Shown one piece after another: positions 43,001 to 52,122 of a DNA stretch of 64,000 bases; positions within the stretch are counted from its first letter, which is position 1; the number at the start of each line of letters is the position of its first letter. The translations under genes and the position numbers were made by a program. The DNA comes from an uncultured virus (IMG/VR IMGVR_UViG_3300044634_004095). Its lineage: Duplodnaviria > Heunggongvirae > Uroviricota > Caudoviricetes. Below the pieces are notes generated by a model. It worked only from the letters and a program-made list of their open reading frames with translations, had not been told where the DNA came from and ran no database searches. The stretch lies in the IMG/VR virus record IMGVR_UViG_3300044634_004095; one strand, 5' to 3'.

Positions 43001-46000
43001 TCCGTCACCAGAAAGAATTAATTTTCCAGTCCATTTAAATTGTTTAGTTGCATAAAAAGTTTCACGTGGATCTGTGCCCGTGTTTGATCTGCCAGCTGTA
43101 GCTGTCATAACAAGTTTATTTCGCATTCTTCGAAAAGCGATTTTTTCTAGTTCTTCTACCGTTTCAGCTTCTCCAAACTCAGCAATTGTCTCAAACTTTG
43201 GGGTTCCGTCAGCCTTTGTCCACTTCGATGTGACTCTTAATCTTTCTCCAGGCTGATCTGGTATTTTTTCTACAATAACCTGAAAGTCATCTGGGTTAAT
43301 AGCATCTTGGCCGTCTTTGAAATCATATTCAAGTTCAAAATAAACAGCATCCTTGGTTCCTTTTGCATCAGGCTGTACAACAAATATTTTTGTTGCGGCG
43401 TTAACATCTGATGATTTTGAACTCCTATCTGTACTTGACAGAATCTGACTAAGAGTTTTTTCTTCAAACTCCATCAAGCCTAGATCAAGGCTGTCCCTCA
43501 TTGGCCTGATGCTAGAAGAACGGTGCGACTTTGTCCCATCCGCAAGCACTACTCCGCCACCCCTTAGGGAAACAAGCATCTGGCTTGCAAACATTGTCTG
43601 AGATCCGGCTGGTTGTCCGTCTACTGGTTGAAACAACAATTGATACAATGAATTTCCTGGAGATTTTGATTTTAATTTAAATCTTTCTCTTATTGTTGCC
43701 ATATCCCAATAATCTCCGATTAAAGGTGATTTTTCTGGTTTTCTTCCAGGGTTTAAACCGGCTGCAGTTTTTTCAGCCCAGTCAATATGTTGAAAGAAAT
43801 CAACAGCTTCTTGCCATGCTGACTGAGTTAACATTATTTGAGGTTTGTCTTTTGAACTTAAAGGCTTAACGAGTTGATCAAATTCATTTTGAGTTAGATT
43901 CTGGGAATCACGCAGTGTTTCTGGATTGTCGATTCTTCCGCCAAGGAAAACTGCACTTTCAAGGAATAAGTCTTTCCATGTTTGAACTGCTAAATGGACA
44001 GTTTGAACTTTTCCACGCGACAGAGCCATGTCTGGCAAATTACCAAAATAAACTTCTTCTTTTTCATCGACAACTCGAGTGCTTAAGGCTTTTGCAATTT
44101 TAGTTTTTGCGTCGTCTATTTCTTTTCTTAATTCAGTAAGCGCTTTTGCTCTTGCTTTTGGCGTCATTCCTGCAAAGTTTTCACCGTTTAAATATGAATC
44201 AAAACTAACTCCATAAAGTCGCTTAACAGTATCGTTAACGCTGTTTGCTGCACCAAAATCGCCAGCTTTAACAAATGAAAAAATATTTTCTATGTGTCGT
44301 TTAGCTGCCGTGTCAGCAGCCCCTTCAACGTATTTCCACTGCTCTGCAGTTAACGGTTTGCCTTCATCCAAGAGATCCTGAAGTAACTTATTTTCCCGAC
44401 CAAGAATGAGCGTCGCCATGTACCCGAGAAGACTACCAAAGCGAAATGACTGTGTTAATTTCGGCACAAAATCGGGAGAAATTGACTGCATTATATTCTT
44501 TGAACCGTTGAAGCCAAGTATCTGCTGTCTGTCGTCGCCGACTGCTATTGTAGAAACTCTTTCTTTATTTCTGTTTAGTAATTCTTCCCAAACTTCATTA
44601 AGGTCTTGTGCTTCGTCGATCGCAAAAAGAGATATAGGTTTTTCTTTTGATGCGTATTGTTTTTTCAATTTGCCACGACTTCCATCGATAGAGACCACAA
44701 CCCATGGTTCTCCTTCCGATTTGTCCCATTGACGTATAGACGAAATTCTTCCAGTTTGCGGATCTATTACTTCATCATAAAATTTATTATTTTTTCCATA
44801 ATAGACAACATCGCCCCTGCGTATATTAAATTGTGCAGGTATTTTTTCATTCGCTAGGCTGTCTTTGCTTCCGTGCCCAAGAGCACCAGGATTTGTTGAT
44901 AGATCCGGATCGGCGAGCAGTAGCAGTTTTGGCAACTGCCCCTGAGTTGGGAGCAACATGCCGTTTCCATCAACCAATTCATCTGCGGCTTTTTTGACAT
45001 ATGAAAGCCATTCATCCATCAGTTTATCTGGAACGTTTTGAAGTTGTTCATCGATTGCTTGTGTTTTTTTCTGTGCCTTTTTAGTTGAGAATCTGCCGGT
45101 CATCGTGTCAGTTTGCTCGCGGAAGCTTAGATTAAAAACATCTTTTGTGACTTCCGGGTTTGAAGACAATGACCACCTTCTGAATGCCATTGCAAGGTAT
45201 TCGCCAAAAAAGTCTACTTCGATCCAATTATTCCCGTCAGGCATGGTAAAAGGGACATCATACACTTCAATATTTTTAGTTTTTGCCTTTTTGCCTTTTC
45301 CTCTTGTAACGCTTATTGTTCTTCTGGGAAGACTCACACCAGCTTTTTCGAGAAATGCAAGCATGTCCTTGCCAGTTTCCACGGTTGAATAGCCAAGATC
45401 TTTGTAGTTAGGCCTGTATCCAATGAATTGCATACTCTCTGAGTCATGCTGTCTTCTTGCTTGGTCATAACCATCCACAGTTATGGGTTGGTTTCTATTT
45501 TTAAACGATCTTCTTCTTGCATAGTCAGTTAGTAGTTCTATTTTTCTTCTCATCGACGGCGCATTTAATATTCTATTTTCCGGGCTGTCATTTTCTGCGA
45601 TTCCTTGACGCAAGGACCAGTAAGCAAGCTGAGTAGTCGTTCCTATTCCTGTGTTCCCAGGAAATGATTCAGCTGCTTCTAGGCGGTTTTCTTTACCGAA
45701 AACCGTGTAGTAGATTGTCGGTTTATTATCTTCCGTTACTCCACGAGATTCTCCCAATTCCCTGATTGCTTGGATTAGGGTTTTTTCATCTGTGCTCTCT
45801 GGCCAAAAAACATCAACGTCTTCAAAACCTTTTGCTGGGTACTTAGCTGCAAGATAATTTGCTTTTTTTAGTAGCTGTTGCTTTCTAGTAACAGCATCTC
45901 CGGCAAATCTTTGTAGAATGTCATCAACGCTAAATTCAGCATTGATTGCTGCTGCGAGCATCTTCATTGTGGTTGTTTTACCGGAACCCGCTGCCGCATC

Positions 46001-49000
46001 AACTCCGATAACTAATTTTTCTTGACCGTATACAGCTGCTAATCCAAGATCAATAATGTCTCGCTGTTCATCCGTAGGAGGAACAAGAAGATTAAGAAGA
46101 GACTTAACGTCTGTTGAAGCAGGAGTTCTTCTTACGGGTCTTTTTTTCGATCCACTACGAGCATTTATTGGATTTCCGCCACTGGCGAATCTTCCGTCGA
46201 GCGTAAGCGCCCTGCCCTGAGAGTCGGACACAGAGGCAATATCGCCATACATACGCTCTTCTTTTGACTGAGAGCCATATTTTCTTCTGTCTTTTGAAGA
46301 AGAAAGGTCTGAAGTGTCAGTAACGTCGTCCTCTTTGTCGAGGAAGGGAATTCCACTGGAGAAACGTTTGTCGATGTTGTCCGCTCTATCAATAAGGTCA
46401 ATGTCTCCCATTGGGCCGCTGATTGGTCTGCTTGTTGGTACTTTTGGTGAATCCTCATACCCTTCTAACATTGAAAGCGGAACGGTGTCTCTTGATGACT
46501 TTTTAGCTTTTCTTTCGTTATCCTCCATGCCCGATAGACGCCGCAATGTTTTGGATCTATTTAGCATCCAGTCAACGGCTTGCTGCGCTTGACCCATGGC
46601 AGTCTTGATAGCGTTTGGATCGTTTCTAATCTTTTCTGCCCAGAATTTTAGATATCCTATGTGATCTTCTCTAACCATGGGCGAAATGCCAAGCATTCCC
46701 AGCAAAAAGGAAGACCCAACTTCTGCTATGAGCTCCTCAAACGCGTACGCCGGTGACCCATATTTTGCAACTTGAGGTCTATTGTTCCGGCTTGGATGCC
46801 CAGTCCAGTGCGTCATTTCGTGCAATAGGGTTGAGTAATAACTTTCCGCATCATTAAACGTTTCGAACGGCGGCATATTTATGAAGTCGCCGTTTGGAGA
46901 GAAAAATGGCCCGCCAACATTTGACTCTCTTAATCTTGGATTTAATTCTTTAACTATCGCTTCTGCATTTTTAACACGAGCTTTTGGACTCAGGTTTTCC
47001 AGGTCGATTTCTGGCTTATACATTTCAGGAGGCAGACCATCAATATCCGCTACGTTATAGACTTCTTCAACTTTGTACTGACGTGGATCTGATCCAAGTA
47101 TCGGAACTAAGATATTTACAGGACGAGCATTCGGCGATGCTTTCCCTTTAAATTTTTTCCATTGACTTATCCCTGCCCATTTATTGGTTTCGTAACCACG
47201 TGATACCGCTATGGAGTTTAACAACATACGGTTGGTCCCCTGGTAGGACCAGCTTTTTTGACCTTGGTTCTTCTTTGTTGGGTTTCGGGGGTTGTGCTCC
47301 CCTTCTCTCCATGGCATATTCCATTTGAATTTTTCTGGATTATTTACAGCTTCTTGAAGCATTTCAAGAATTTGTTTGCCAATTTGAGCGTAGTATTCAT
47401 CGATTACGGCTCTGCCCTCAGCTGTTGCCGTATCTACTATGTCGCCAGGCTTTAGAGAATTATTACCGTCTCCTCCTGAAGAAAACTTTCCAGTAGAAGA
47501 AACTTGGTTAAAAAAGCCATCGAACTTAAACCGCTCATCTATGGTTTTGTCGCTTTCGCGTTTTCTTAGAAAATCCAAATAGTTTTTGTTTTTTGCCTGA
47601 GCCTGCTTCCTGGCCGCAGACATAGATCTACTTATCTCTTTTTTTGGTTTTGCTGTTACTATTTCCCGCGAACCACTGCCTAGCGGCCGAGCTTCTGTTC
47701 CCGCTACCGAGGAGCGCTCTGGGGCTTCAATTTTACCGGGGACTTTTGGATTATTGATTGAGCCTGGACCGTCTGGTGTTGGGTCGGGCTGCTCAAGAGA
47801 AGTACCACGAAGGAATATACCTTCGCCCACAATCCCATTGAGGTTGCGGTCAATAGCTGTCCTTGGATCAAAATTCTCAGCATTTGGGGTCGAGAAAAAT
47901 CTACCTGCAGATCTTGCTCCCCCGATGCCGGGTTTATTATTGGCTCTACTTCCTATGGCTCTTCCGAGCCTGTAGGCGGATACCTTAAATTCTAGATCGT
48001 CACTGATTAAACTTTTTTTTTTTAAATTATCTAAAGCTGTATCGATAGCGTCAATCAACTCATAAGAAACACCATTTGTTATTACTATTCCTTCTGGGTC
48101 AACATACGTATCTACCTTATGGTAGTCAAATACTGGATCTAACGCTTGCTTTACGTGAAAAGCATAATCTGTGGATACTGGCAGGAAATACGGCTTTTCT
48201 GGTTCAAAAGAATCTTCAAACGTACCGAACTCGGCTAGATGTTTGAATTTCCGCTTTTTTCTTCTTTTTCTTTTTACTATTCCACGCAGTCCGGCAATAA
48301 ACAGCTCTCCTGGATACTTGAACTCAAAGTCAGCAATATATTCGTTTTCGTTATCCTCTGTCTCGAATTCGTATTCTTTTTTGGCCATAAAGTCGCCTTT
48401 TACAACACCTGGTGGGATTATGGCAAAGCGACACTTCCCTTCAGGCTCTATTGCCATGTCGATAATCTGGCAGCTGTTGTCCTTGTTATAAAAAACGCAG
48501 TTTGAGCATTTAACCCCAATTCCAGCAACTGGATTTTGTGCAGCTGGTTTGTAGCCTGCCCAAATTCCATCAGAATCTTCGTTTATTTTTCCGTGACGCT
48601 TTACGATCTTTAGTAGTGCGTCTCTGAGGTCTGACTCTTCTTGATCCAGGTCATCGGCACTAATTGGCTTGCGGCTCTGCCCTTCGTACTGCACTGCTGG
48701 TAGGGGTACCACCGTCATTCCGTTTGGCCCTGGCTTTATGGCAATGGGAATCGATGGCATCTGGCTCGGACGAACAACCCTCTGGGGATCTACCGGAGGC
48801 AACCCGCCAACAGGCATAACTGGAGGTGAAGTTTGAGGCTTAGCAACGATCACTATTCTTTCTGGAGCGCCAAACATAAAGCGGCCATTGCCACCTCTGG
48901 AAAAATGACATTTATACTTTTCCATTGAATTTGACTGGTCTGTTCTGTTGAAGGAGACCATTCCGTTGTCTTCGTCAACTTCCGTCACAGAGACTTGATT

Positions 49001-49642
49001 TCCAAGAACTTTTTGCAATTCTATTTCTAGCTCATCGCTCATGGATGGACGTTGCTGAACCATAGGGCCGGAAGGGCTCTCGACGTCGTAAGTTCCTGGC
49101 ATCCCTGCTTTTACCGAAATAGTGCCTGTTAGTTGATTTGCTCCGTGGAGAACTGGGCTAACTTCGTAGAGTTCAAGCTCGTAGATTACGTTTGCTTGAG
49201 ATTTTTGGTCAAATTGAGCTCTAAGAGTTTTGTAGCCTATTGACCACTCTTGGTCTTCGCCAAAAAAAGCAACATTAGCGAATGCTTCTTTGCCCTTTTC
49301 TGAATTTAAATTAAACTGGACACGGGCAAAAAGTCCTCCTATGCCAGCCATTTTCATTTTCATTGGCAGTCTTGGATCGGTGGACGGAACTTCGTATATC
49401 TCTAGAACTTTGCCAATCGGGTCATTCCAGTTATGACCCCACACCACACGAGGCTTGCGCCGCATCAGGCTTTTGGTAAATGCTCCGCTCTGAACGATAT
49501 CGCCAACAGAATCTTTGTTCCCTATTCCGGAAACGAAGCACTCGACCATGCCTTGAGCCTCGTCAAGATTCAGTACGCCGGATTTTCCGTTGACAACGGA
49601 CGACATTGAACCAGCTTTATATTCAAAAGAATTTCCGGACAT
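40019..49642 (-). CDS. HK97-type prohead protease fused to a polyvalent cargo (HiPIP-like Cys motif, ArdC-N + zincin, SF1/UvrD-like helicase), 3207 aa
   Basis: Protease: GDIVQSGAF, WGHN, WSIGY, LYEVSPVLHGAN. ArdC: MPW..YQGTN..WAGISQW..HEMTHWTG..EELIAE. Helicase: AAAGSGKTT, DEAQD, GDDRQQI, TQSFRFG, VVVTRA. Confidence 0.88.
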   Translation of the reverse strand: MSGNSFEYKAGSMSSVVNGKSGVLNLDEAQGMVECFVSGIGNKDSVGDIVQSGAFTKSLMRRKPRVVWGHNWNDPIGKVLEIYEVPSTDPRLPMKMKMAGIGGLFARVQFNLNSEKGKEAFANVAFFGEDQEWSIGYKTLRAQFDQKSQANVIYELELYEVSPVLHGANQLTGTISVKAGMPGTYDVESPSGPMVQQRPSMSDELEIELQKVLGNQVSVTEVDEDNGMVSFNRTDQSNSMEKYKCHFSRGGNGRFMFGAPERIVIVAKPQTSPPVMPVGGLPPVDPQRVVRPSQMPSIPIAIKPGPNGMTVVPLPAVQYEGQSRKPISADDLDQEESDLRDALLKIVKRHGKINEDSDGIWAGYKPAAQNPVAGIGVKCSNCVFYNKDNSCQIIDMAIEPEGKCRFAIIPPGVVKGDFMAKKEYEFETEDNENEYIADFEFKYPGELFIAGLRGIVKRKRRKKRKFKHLAEFGTFEDSFEPEKPYFLPVSTDYAFHVKQALDPVFDYHKVDTYVDPEGIVITNGVSYELIDAIDTALDNLKKKSLISDDLEFKVSAYRLGRAIGSRANNKPGIGGARSAGRFFSTPNAENFDPRTAIDRNLNGIVGEGIFLRGTSLEQPDPTPDGPGSINNPKVPGKIEAPERSSVAGTEARPLGSGSREIVTAKPKKEISRSMSAARKQAQAKNKNYLDFLRKRESDKTIDERFKFDGFFNQVSSTGKFSSGGDGNNSLKPGDIVDTATAEGRAVIDEYYAQIGKQILEMLQEAVNNPEKFKWNMPWREGEHNPRNPTKKNQGQKSWSYQGTNRMLLNSIAVSRGYETNKWAGISQWKKFKGKASPNARPVNILVPILGSDPRQYKVEEVYNVADIDGLPPEMYKPEIDLENLSPKARVKNAEAIVKELNPRLRESNVGGPFFSPNGDFINMPPFETFNDAESYYSTLLHEMTHWTGHPSRNNRPQVAKYGSPAYAFEELIAEVGSSFLLGMLGISPMVREDHIGYLKFWAEKIRNDPNAIKTAMGQAQQAVDWMLNRSKTLRRLSGMEDNERKAKKSSRDTVPLSMLEGYEDSPKVPTSRPISGPMGDIDLIDRADNIDKRFSSGIPFLDKEDDVTDTSDLSSSKDRRKYGSQSKEERMYGDIASVSDSQGRALTLDGRFASGGNPINARSGSKKRPVRRTPASTDVKSLLNLLVPPTDEQRDIIDLGLAAVYGQEKLVIGVDAAAGSGKTTTMKMLAAAINAEFSVDDILQRFAGDAVTRKQQLLKKANYLAAKYPAKGFEDVDVFWPESTDEKTLIQAIRELGESRGVTEDNKPTIYYTVFGKENRLEAAESFPGNTGIGTTTQLAYWSLRQGIAENDSPENRILNAPSMRRKIELLTDYARRRSFKNRNQPITVDGYDQARRQHDSESMQFIGYRPNYKDLGYSTVETGKDMLAFLEKAGVSLPRRTISVTRGKGKKAKTKNIEVYDVPFTMPDGNNWIEVDFFGEYLAMAFRRWSLSSNPEVTKDVFNLSFREQTDTMTGRFSTKKAQKKTQAIDEQLQNVPDKLMDEWLSYVKKAADELVDGNGMLLPTQGQLPKLLLLADPDLSTNPGALGHGSKDSLANEKIPAQFNIRRGDVVYYGKNNKFYDEVIDPQTGRISSIRQWDKSEGEPWVVVSIDGSRGKLKKQYASKEKPISLFAIDEAQDLNEVWEELLNRNKERVSTIAVGDDRQQILGFNGSKNIMQSISPDFVPKLTQSFRFGSLLGYMATLILGRENKLLQDLLDEGKPLTAEQWKYVEGAADTAAKRHIENIFSFVKAGDFGAANSVNDTVKRLYGVSFDSYLNGENFAGMTPKARAKALTELRKEIDDAKTKIAKALSTRVVDEKEEVYFGNLPDMALSRGKVQTVHLAVQTWKDLFLESAVFLGGRIDNPETLRDSQNLTQNEFDQLVKPLSSKDKPQIMLTQSAWQEAVDFFQHIDWAEKTAAGLNPGRKPEKSPLIGDYWDMATIRERFKLKSKSPGNSLYQLLFQPVDGQPAGSQTMFASQMLVSLRGGGVVLADGTKSHRSSSIRPMRDSLDLGLMEFEEKTLSQILSSTDRSSKSSDVNAATKIFVVQPDAKGTKDAVYFELEYDFKDGQDAINPDDFQVIVEKIPDQPGERLRVTSKWTKADGTPKFETIAEFGEAETVEELEKIAFRRMRNKLVMTATAGRSNTGTDPRETFYATKQFKWTGKLILSGDGVDTGRPQAVYADPNKYPDTSGRNFDGAYLSDTLGILDRLGLQSRTRLSFGVGPKVSRAKGRDYDGFVIDAKDDPEEATRIINLIGDAVRKSAKKRGGDVVIQTGTTAKGKEGKFVLVLDDFTDPDDDLNVDILEAAKRNGSGPPGWIEEMNLQHVVVTRAMRAISLSPRMWMAHFAEGQKRKEIADLIRDGVERKILPEDFDRESELSLDKLPKVYREIEEYAAEGKDLTDFNASRRSVLSLPDDELIAEMRRIGVPDVATQGFIKRRKEVMDEFADANVSEETLRDASVRIMRERAREIIDGPMFDPAAQFPEGEDDGRGISDEDLTVDDADNVLDELDEISTIEAEDDDDDDFDEDFDAGFSSGAEPSETSEEAPDVAKGSSRASKITGTPEGRFGRRVSRFENRAGMQQRLSALELAGIRTDVRIDPQDRDRVTRYAMQFWNAFNQTGIALDMPADQNSTSKNDRAKKINDNIIKVGERMRARKQSDGSRVVKIGKTTDNFANNDPSGDSWMLSISKLLDTVRIPTGWRRQEDISRGTITSELQGEEVVDVATPKVGVYWTQSEPLTIPKLAKLLGLNVTEEAKLKGDTAALTHDTVRYLLAEIGSQPEFSGWRLFSPVSDMEAEEEGMNAIERLVENTGRANMRDRFIIETFGADAYPYWHDRGDFIGGIAEEEIYGSGKMLTAEEFDDLEDGARRFNAVGKFENSPAARDDSEAEVELSYQGTMGEAFEALPPDIASNARRGKGSRVQRADFTLSQLLDHLGISEDEWPKQLKPILEKAFGEDLDAELDPDDVKKVDAELDPDDVKKVDVGLGEDAVKEWKKDGVPIAYIAEMIRTGVIPNARDVFGVNKAGQKLDEELLASKANVYEALTEFIDRSFPGSSLNSVQSRQFIINSREMGTVLQAAAKRRGKTFSKRLGDVPRFSRSELQEFVDQFNKIFGTNHTIEDIFSGEQLRNAQTRLREGTTVYKPSAPGRKGKRKTSPEIINK
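40558..40635. repeat. Perfect 36-bp tandem duplication (DAELDPDDVKKV x2)
   Basis: cgtctaccttcttcacgtcgtctggatcaagttcgg at 40558 and 40594. Confidence 0.95.
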
Positions 49643-49738
49643 TTAAGCACCTTTTCTCGTCTAATGAGATGATAGGTTAAATTGCTAATCTGAAACGGAA
49701 AGTATTGTTATATTTTTTAAAGAAATAATATAAAGAAA

Positions 49739-51841
49739 CTATACTGTTTGAGCAAAAAGCCAGACCGATCGAGCTTCTGATTCAGCTATCTCAAACTGAT
49801 CATGAGCAAGAAGGTTGGCATACATCTCTCCAATTCCTTGCCTAAACGCTCTGAGTCTTTCTTCTTCGTTTGAAAAATCAAAAGACTTAATCATCAGATT
49901 GTATATTTCTGAAGATATATCGCTGTTAAGAGATTTTATTTTCATCAGGTGAGACTCGATAGTTTTTACAACATCAATTGTCGGAATGGACTTAACTTTA
50001 ATCCCATTTTCTGATTTAAATTCTTTTCGTGAATCGAAAGAATCATTAATGATCGATGTGAGCACGGGCTTTATGTCGTCTTCCATCTGTCTATTCCAAA
50101 CATCAACAGCCAGTACCTGCTCAATATCGAGAGTCCCAGCAGAAAGGGCTTTTTTGGCTTTTGCTCCAGAAGATTTCTCCATGACAACTCTTTGCTGACG
50201 CTCTAGCAGTCTTTCGATACTGCGAGCTAGTATCTCCGACCATCTCTCGATGGCTGTTTGACATTTTTCATCGTATGTCTCGCTGAGCGATTTTGTCTCG
50301 ATGGAGGCTTGACGTTCCCCCGCTGTTGCCATTTGCTGCTGCGGCATCCCCTGCGTGATTGCTTCCGATGGGATTGTAGTCTGAGCCAAATCGCCAGCTG
50401 GAGGAGTTGCCTGCCCGGCCATGGATTCGGCGATTGCCCCTTGCATAGTGTTTGGATCGAGCGGAGGAGGTGCTCCTTCCATCCCTGGCTGTCCTGGCAT
50501 ACCTGGGGGCATCCCTGGCATACCTGGGGGCATACCTGGCATACCTGGGGGCTGTCCTGGCATACCTTGCTGCTCCCCCATCATCGCCTGATTTTCTTCC
50601 ATTTTTTTCTTTGTGTTGGCAATTGGAATAAGATTTGGATTCATAAGCAAAGAGTCAGCGAGGTCTGCTTCTACTTCTTTTCTTGAAGAGCCGGTCCGGT
50701 ATTCGTTTGCACTGATTAATCCAGTCTGAAATTCCTGGAGCAAATACCTGTCTCGCTCCTGCTTGTAGAGCATTAGGATTGGAACTTCGGAGGTGTCGAA
50801 GTCTAAATAGTACTTATCGTCTAACTCGTCTAGCCCCCGAGCGAGTGGCTCTAAATGTGGAAGCATTGTTTCCATCCAGAAAACACGGATTTCTTCTGCG
50901 GCATTGCTAAAAGTACGACCGGACGCATTTCCGATAACAGACTCAGGAACTCCGAAAGCTGAAAGAATTTCTTCTTTTGTTATTTGTCGCATTTGTATGT
51001 ATGCGGCGTCTCTGGGACTTGCAGATGTGTCGACAAAATCAACACCATCGTCTGATGAGATTACGGTTGTGTGACCGGCTTTAGACAAGTTTCCCCTAAA
51101 TCTATTACGTAGCTCTTCTTTGTCATCGTCATCTATTTCTCCTCTTACTACGAGAAGACCGCCAGGTCTTCCATCGTTAAGTAAATAGTTCCTATTGTAA
51201 AGTTTTGCTAAGTTTTCTATTTCTATTGCCACCCCAGAAGCTTCAAGTGGAGTCAGTGAAAGATAAGGGTCAAGGGGGTGAGGTCTACGAATCCAGCAGA
51301 CGTCGTCTGGCTTCATAATAACCTTGTCTCCGGTTGGCATCATGACTTCATAGCCTGAAACAAAAGTTTTTGGGTGAGGAATCGGAGATGTGGATTGTGG
51401 CGGAAGAAGGTTTAGGGCGACAATTCCTCCATCGCGGCCACGAATTTTCTCTATAAACGCTCCTCGCGTTCCGAGAAGAAGCTGAGCTGAAAGCCTGTAT
51501 CTGAAAATAAAAGAGTTTTCGCCTATGTTTGATTTTGTGTTCAGAAGCTCAAGGAGGGTTGATCTTTTGGCTTCTCTGCCAACAACCAGTTCACCCATAT
51601 TGGAGTTATCTTTACGCAAAACTATAGGTAGTCGCGCTTGGTTTCCTGCGATCGCATCAATGCATCGATTAACCCAGGTTATCTTAGACATTCCCTCGCG
51701 GTATGCGCGCTCTATGTCCCACGAGTCCCTGTATGGCTTTCCTGCAAATGAGGGATTCATCGAAACGGGAGCGCCGTATACACCTAACTCTTTAGAGCTA
51801 GTGCTTTTAATTGATTTGTTTTGTGGTGTATTCCAGCCCAT
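49739..51841 (-). CDS. Portal protein (HK97 family) with PGM-rich linker and a C-terminal extension resembling a truncated MuF
   Basis: WVNRCIDAIA..ARLP, LTPLEA, NDGRPGG, ILSAFGVP..IG, ISANEYR. The C-terminus ends IAESEAR. Confidence 0.9.
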   Translation of the reverse strand: MGWNTPQNKSIKSTSSKELGVYGAPVSMNPSFAGKPYRDSWDIERAYREGMSKITWVNRCIDAIAGNQARLPIVLRKDNSNMGELVVGREAKRSTLLELLNTKSNIGENSFIFRYRLSAQLLLGTRGAFIEKIRGRDGGIVALNLLPPQSTSPIPHPKTFVSGYEVMMPTGDKVIMKPDDVCWIRRPHPLDPYLSLTPLEASGVAIEIENLAKLYNRNYLLNDGRPGGLLVVRGEIDDDDKEELRNRFRGNLSKAGHTTVISSDDGVDFVDTSASPRDAAYIQMRQITKEEILSAFGVPESVIGNASGRTFSNAAEEIRVFWMETMLPHLEPLARGLDELDDKYYLDFDTSEVPILMLYKQERDRYLLQEFQTGLISANEYRTGSSRKEVEADLADSLLMNPNLIPIANTKKKMEENQAMMGEQQGMPGQPPGMPGMPPGMPGMPPGMPGQPGMEGAPPPLDPNTMQGAIAESMAGQATPPAGDLAQTTIPSEAITQGMPQQQMATAGERQASIETKSLSETYDEKCQTAIERWSEILARSIERLLERQQRVVMEKSSGAKAKKALSAGTLDIEQVLAVDVWNRQMEDDIKPVLTSIINDSFDSRKEFKSENGIKVKSIPTIDVVKTIESHLMKIKSLNSDISSEIYNLMIKSFDFSNEEERLRAFRQGIGEMYANLLAHDQFEIAESEARSVWLFAQTV
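50480..50566. repeat. Imperfect ~21-bp tandem repeats encoding PGMPPGM in the portal linker
   Basis: cctggcatacctgggggcat units. Confidence 0.8.
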
Positions 51842-51849
51842 AATTTTAT

Positions 51850-52068
51850 TTACTCAAGCCCCAAGATGAATCCAAAAAGTCCGCAACCTATACCCGCAAC
51901 CACTATTCCAGCCGGTGGGAATATTAAGCCAACACCAATACTAGTAAGTATTATAAATGACAACATAAATACATAAGCGAAGGTAGTGCGATTTAGCTTT
52001 ATTCTTTGCTGAATCGCTAATCGCCAATTATTCTGTCGTTGTTTCTTTTTTTTGTCCTGCACTGGCAT
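51850..52068 (-). CDS. Small membrane protein upstream of the portal
   Basis: Two hydrophobic segments. Start placed at MPVQDK, preceded by TACTGT-N7-ATG. Confidence 0.65.
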   Translation of the reverse strand: MPVQDKKKKQRQNNWRLAIQQRIKLNRTTFAYVFMLSFIILTSIGVGLIFPPAGIVVAGIGCGLFGFILGLE

Positions 52069-52122
52069 ATAACATACAGTAGCGCACAATTTTGTCGCAG
52101 GAACAACTAAAGGTCTTTTACA

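Noticed and set aside
40019..49642. Inteins explaining the length of the helicase or giant proteins
   Set aside because: No intein-terminal HN-[CST] or LAGLIDADG motifs were recognised.
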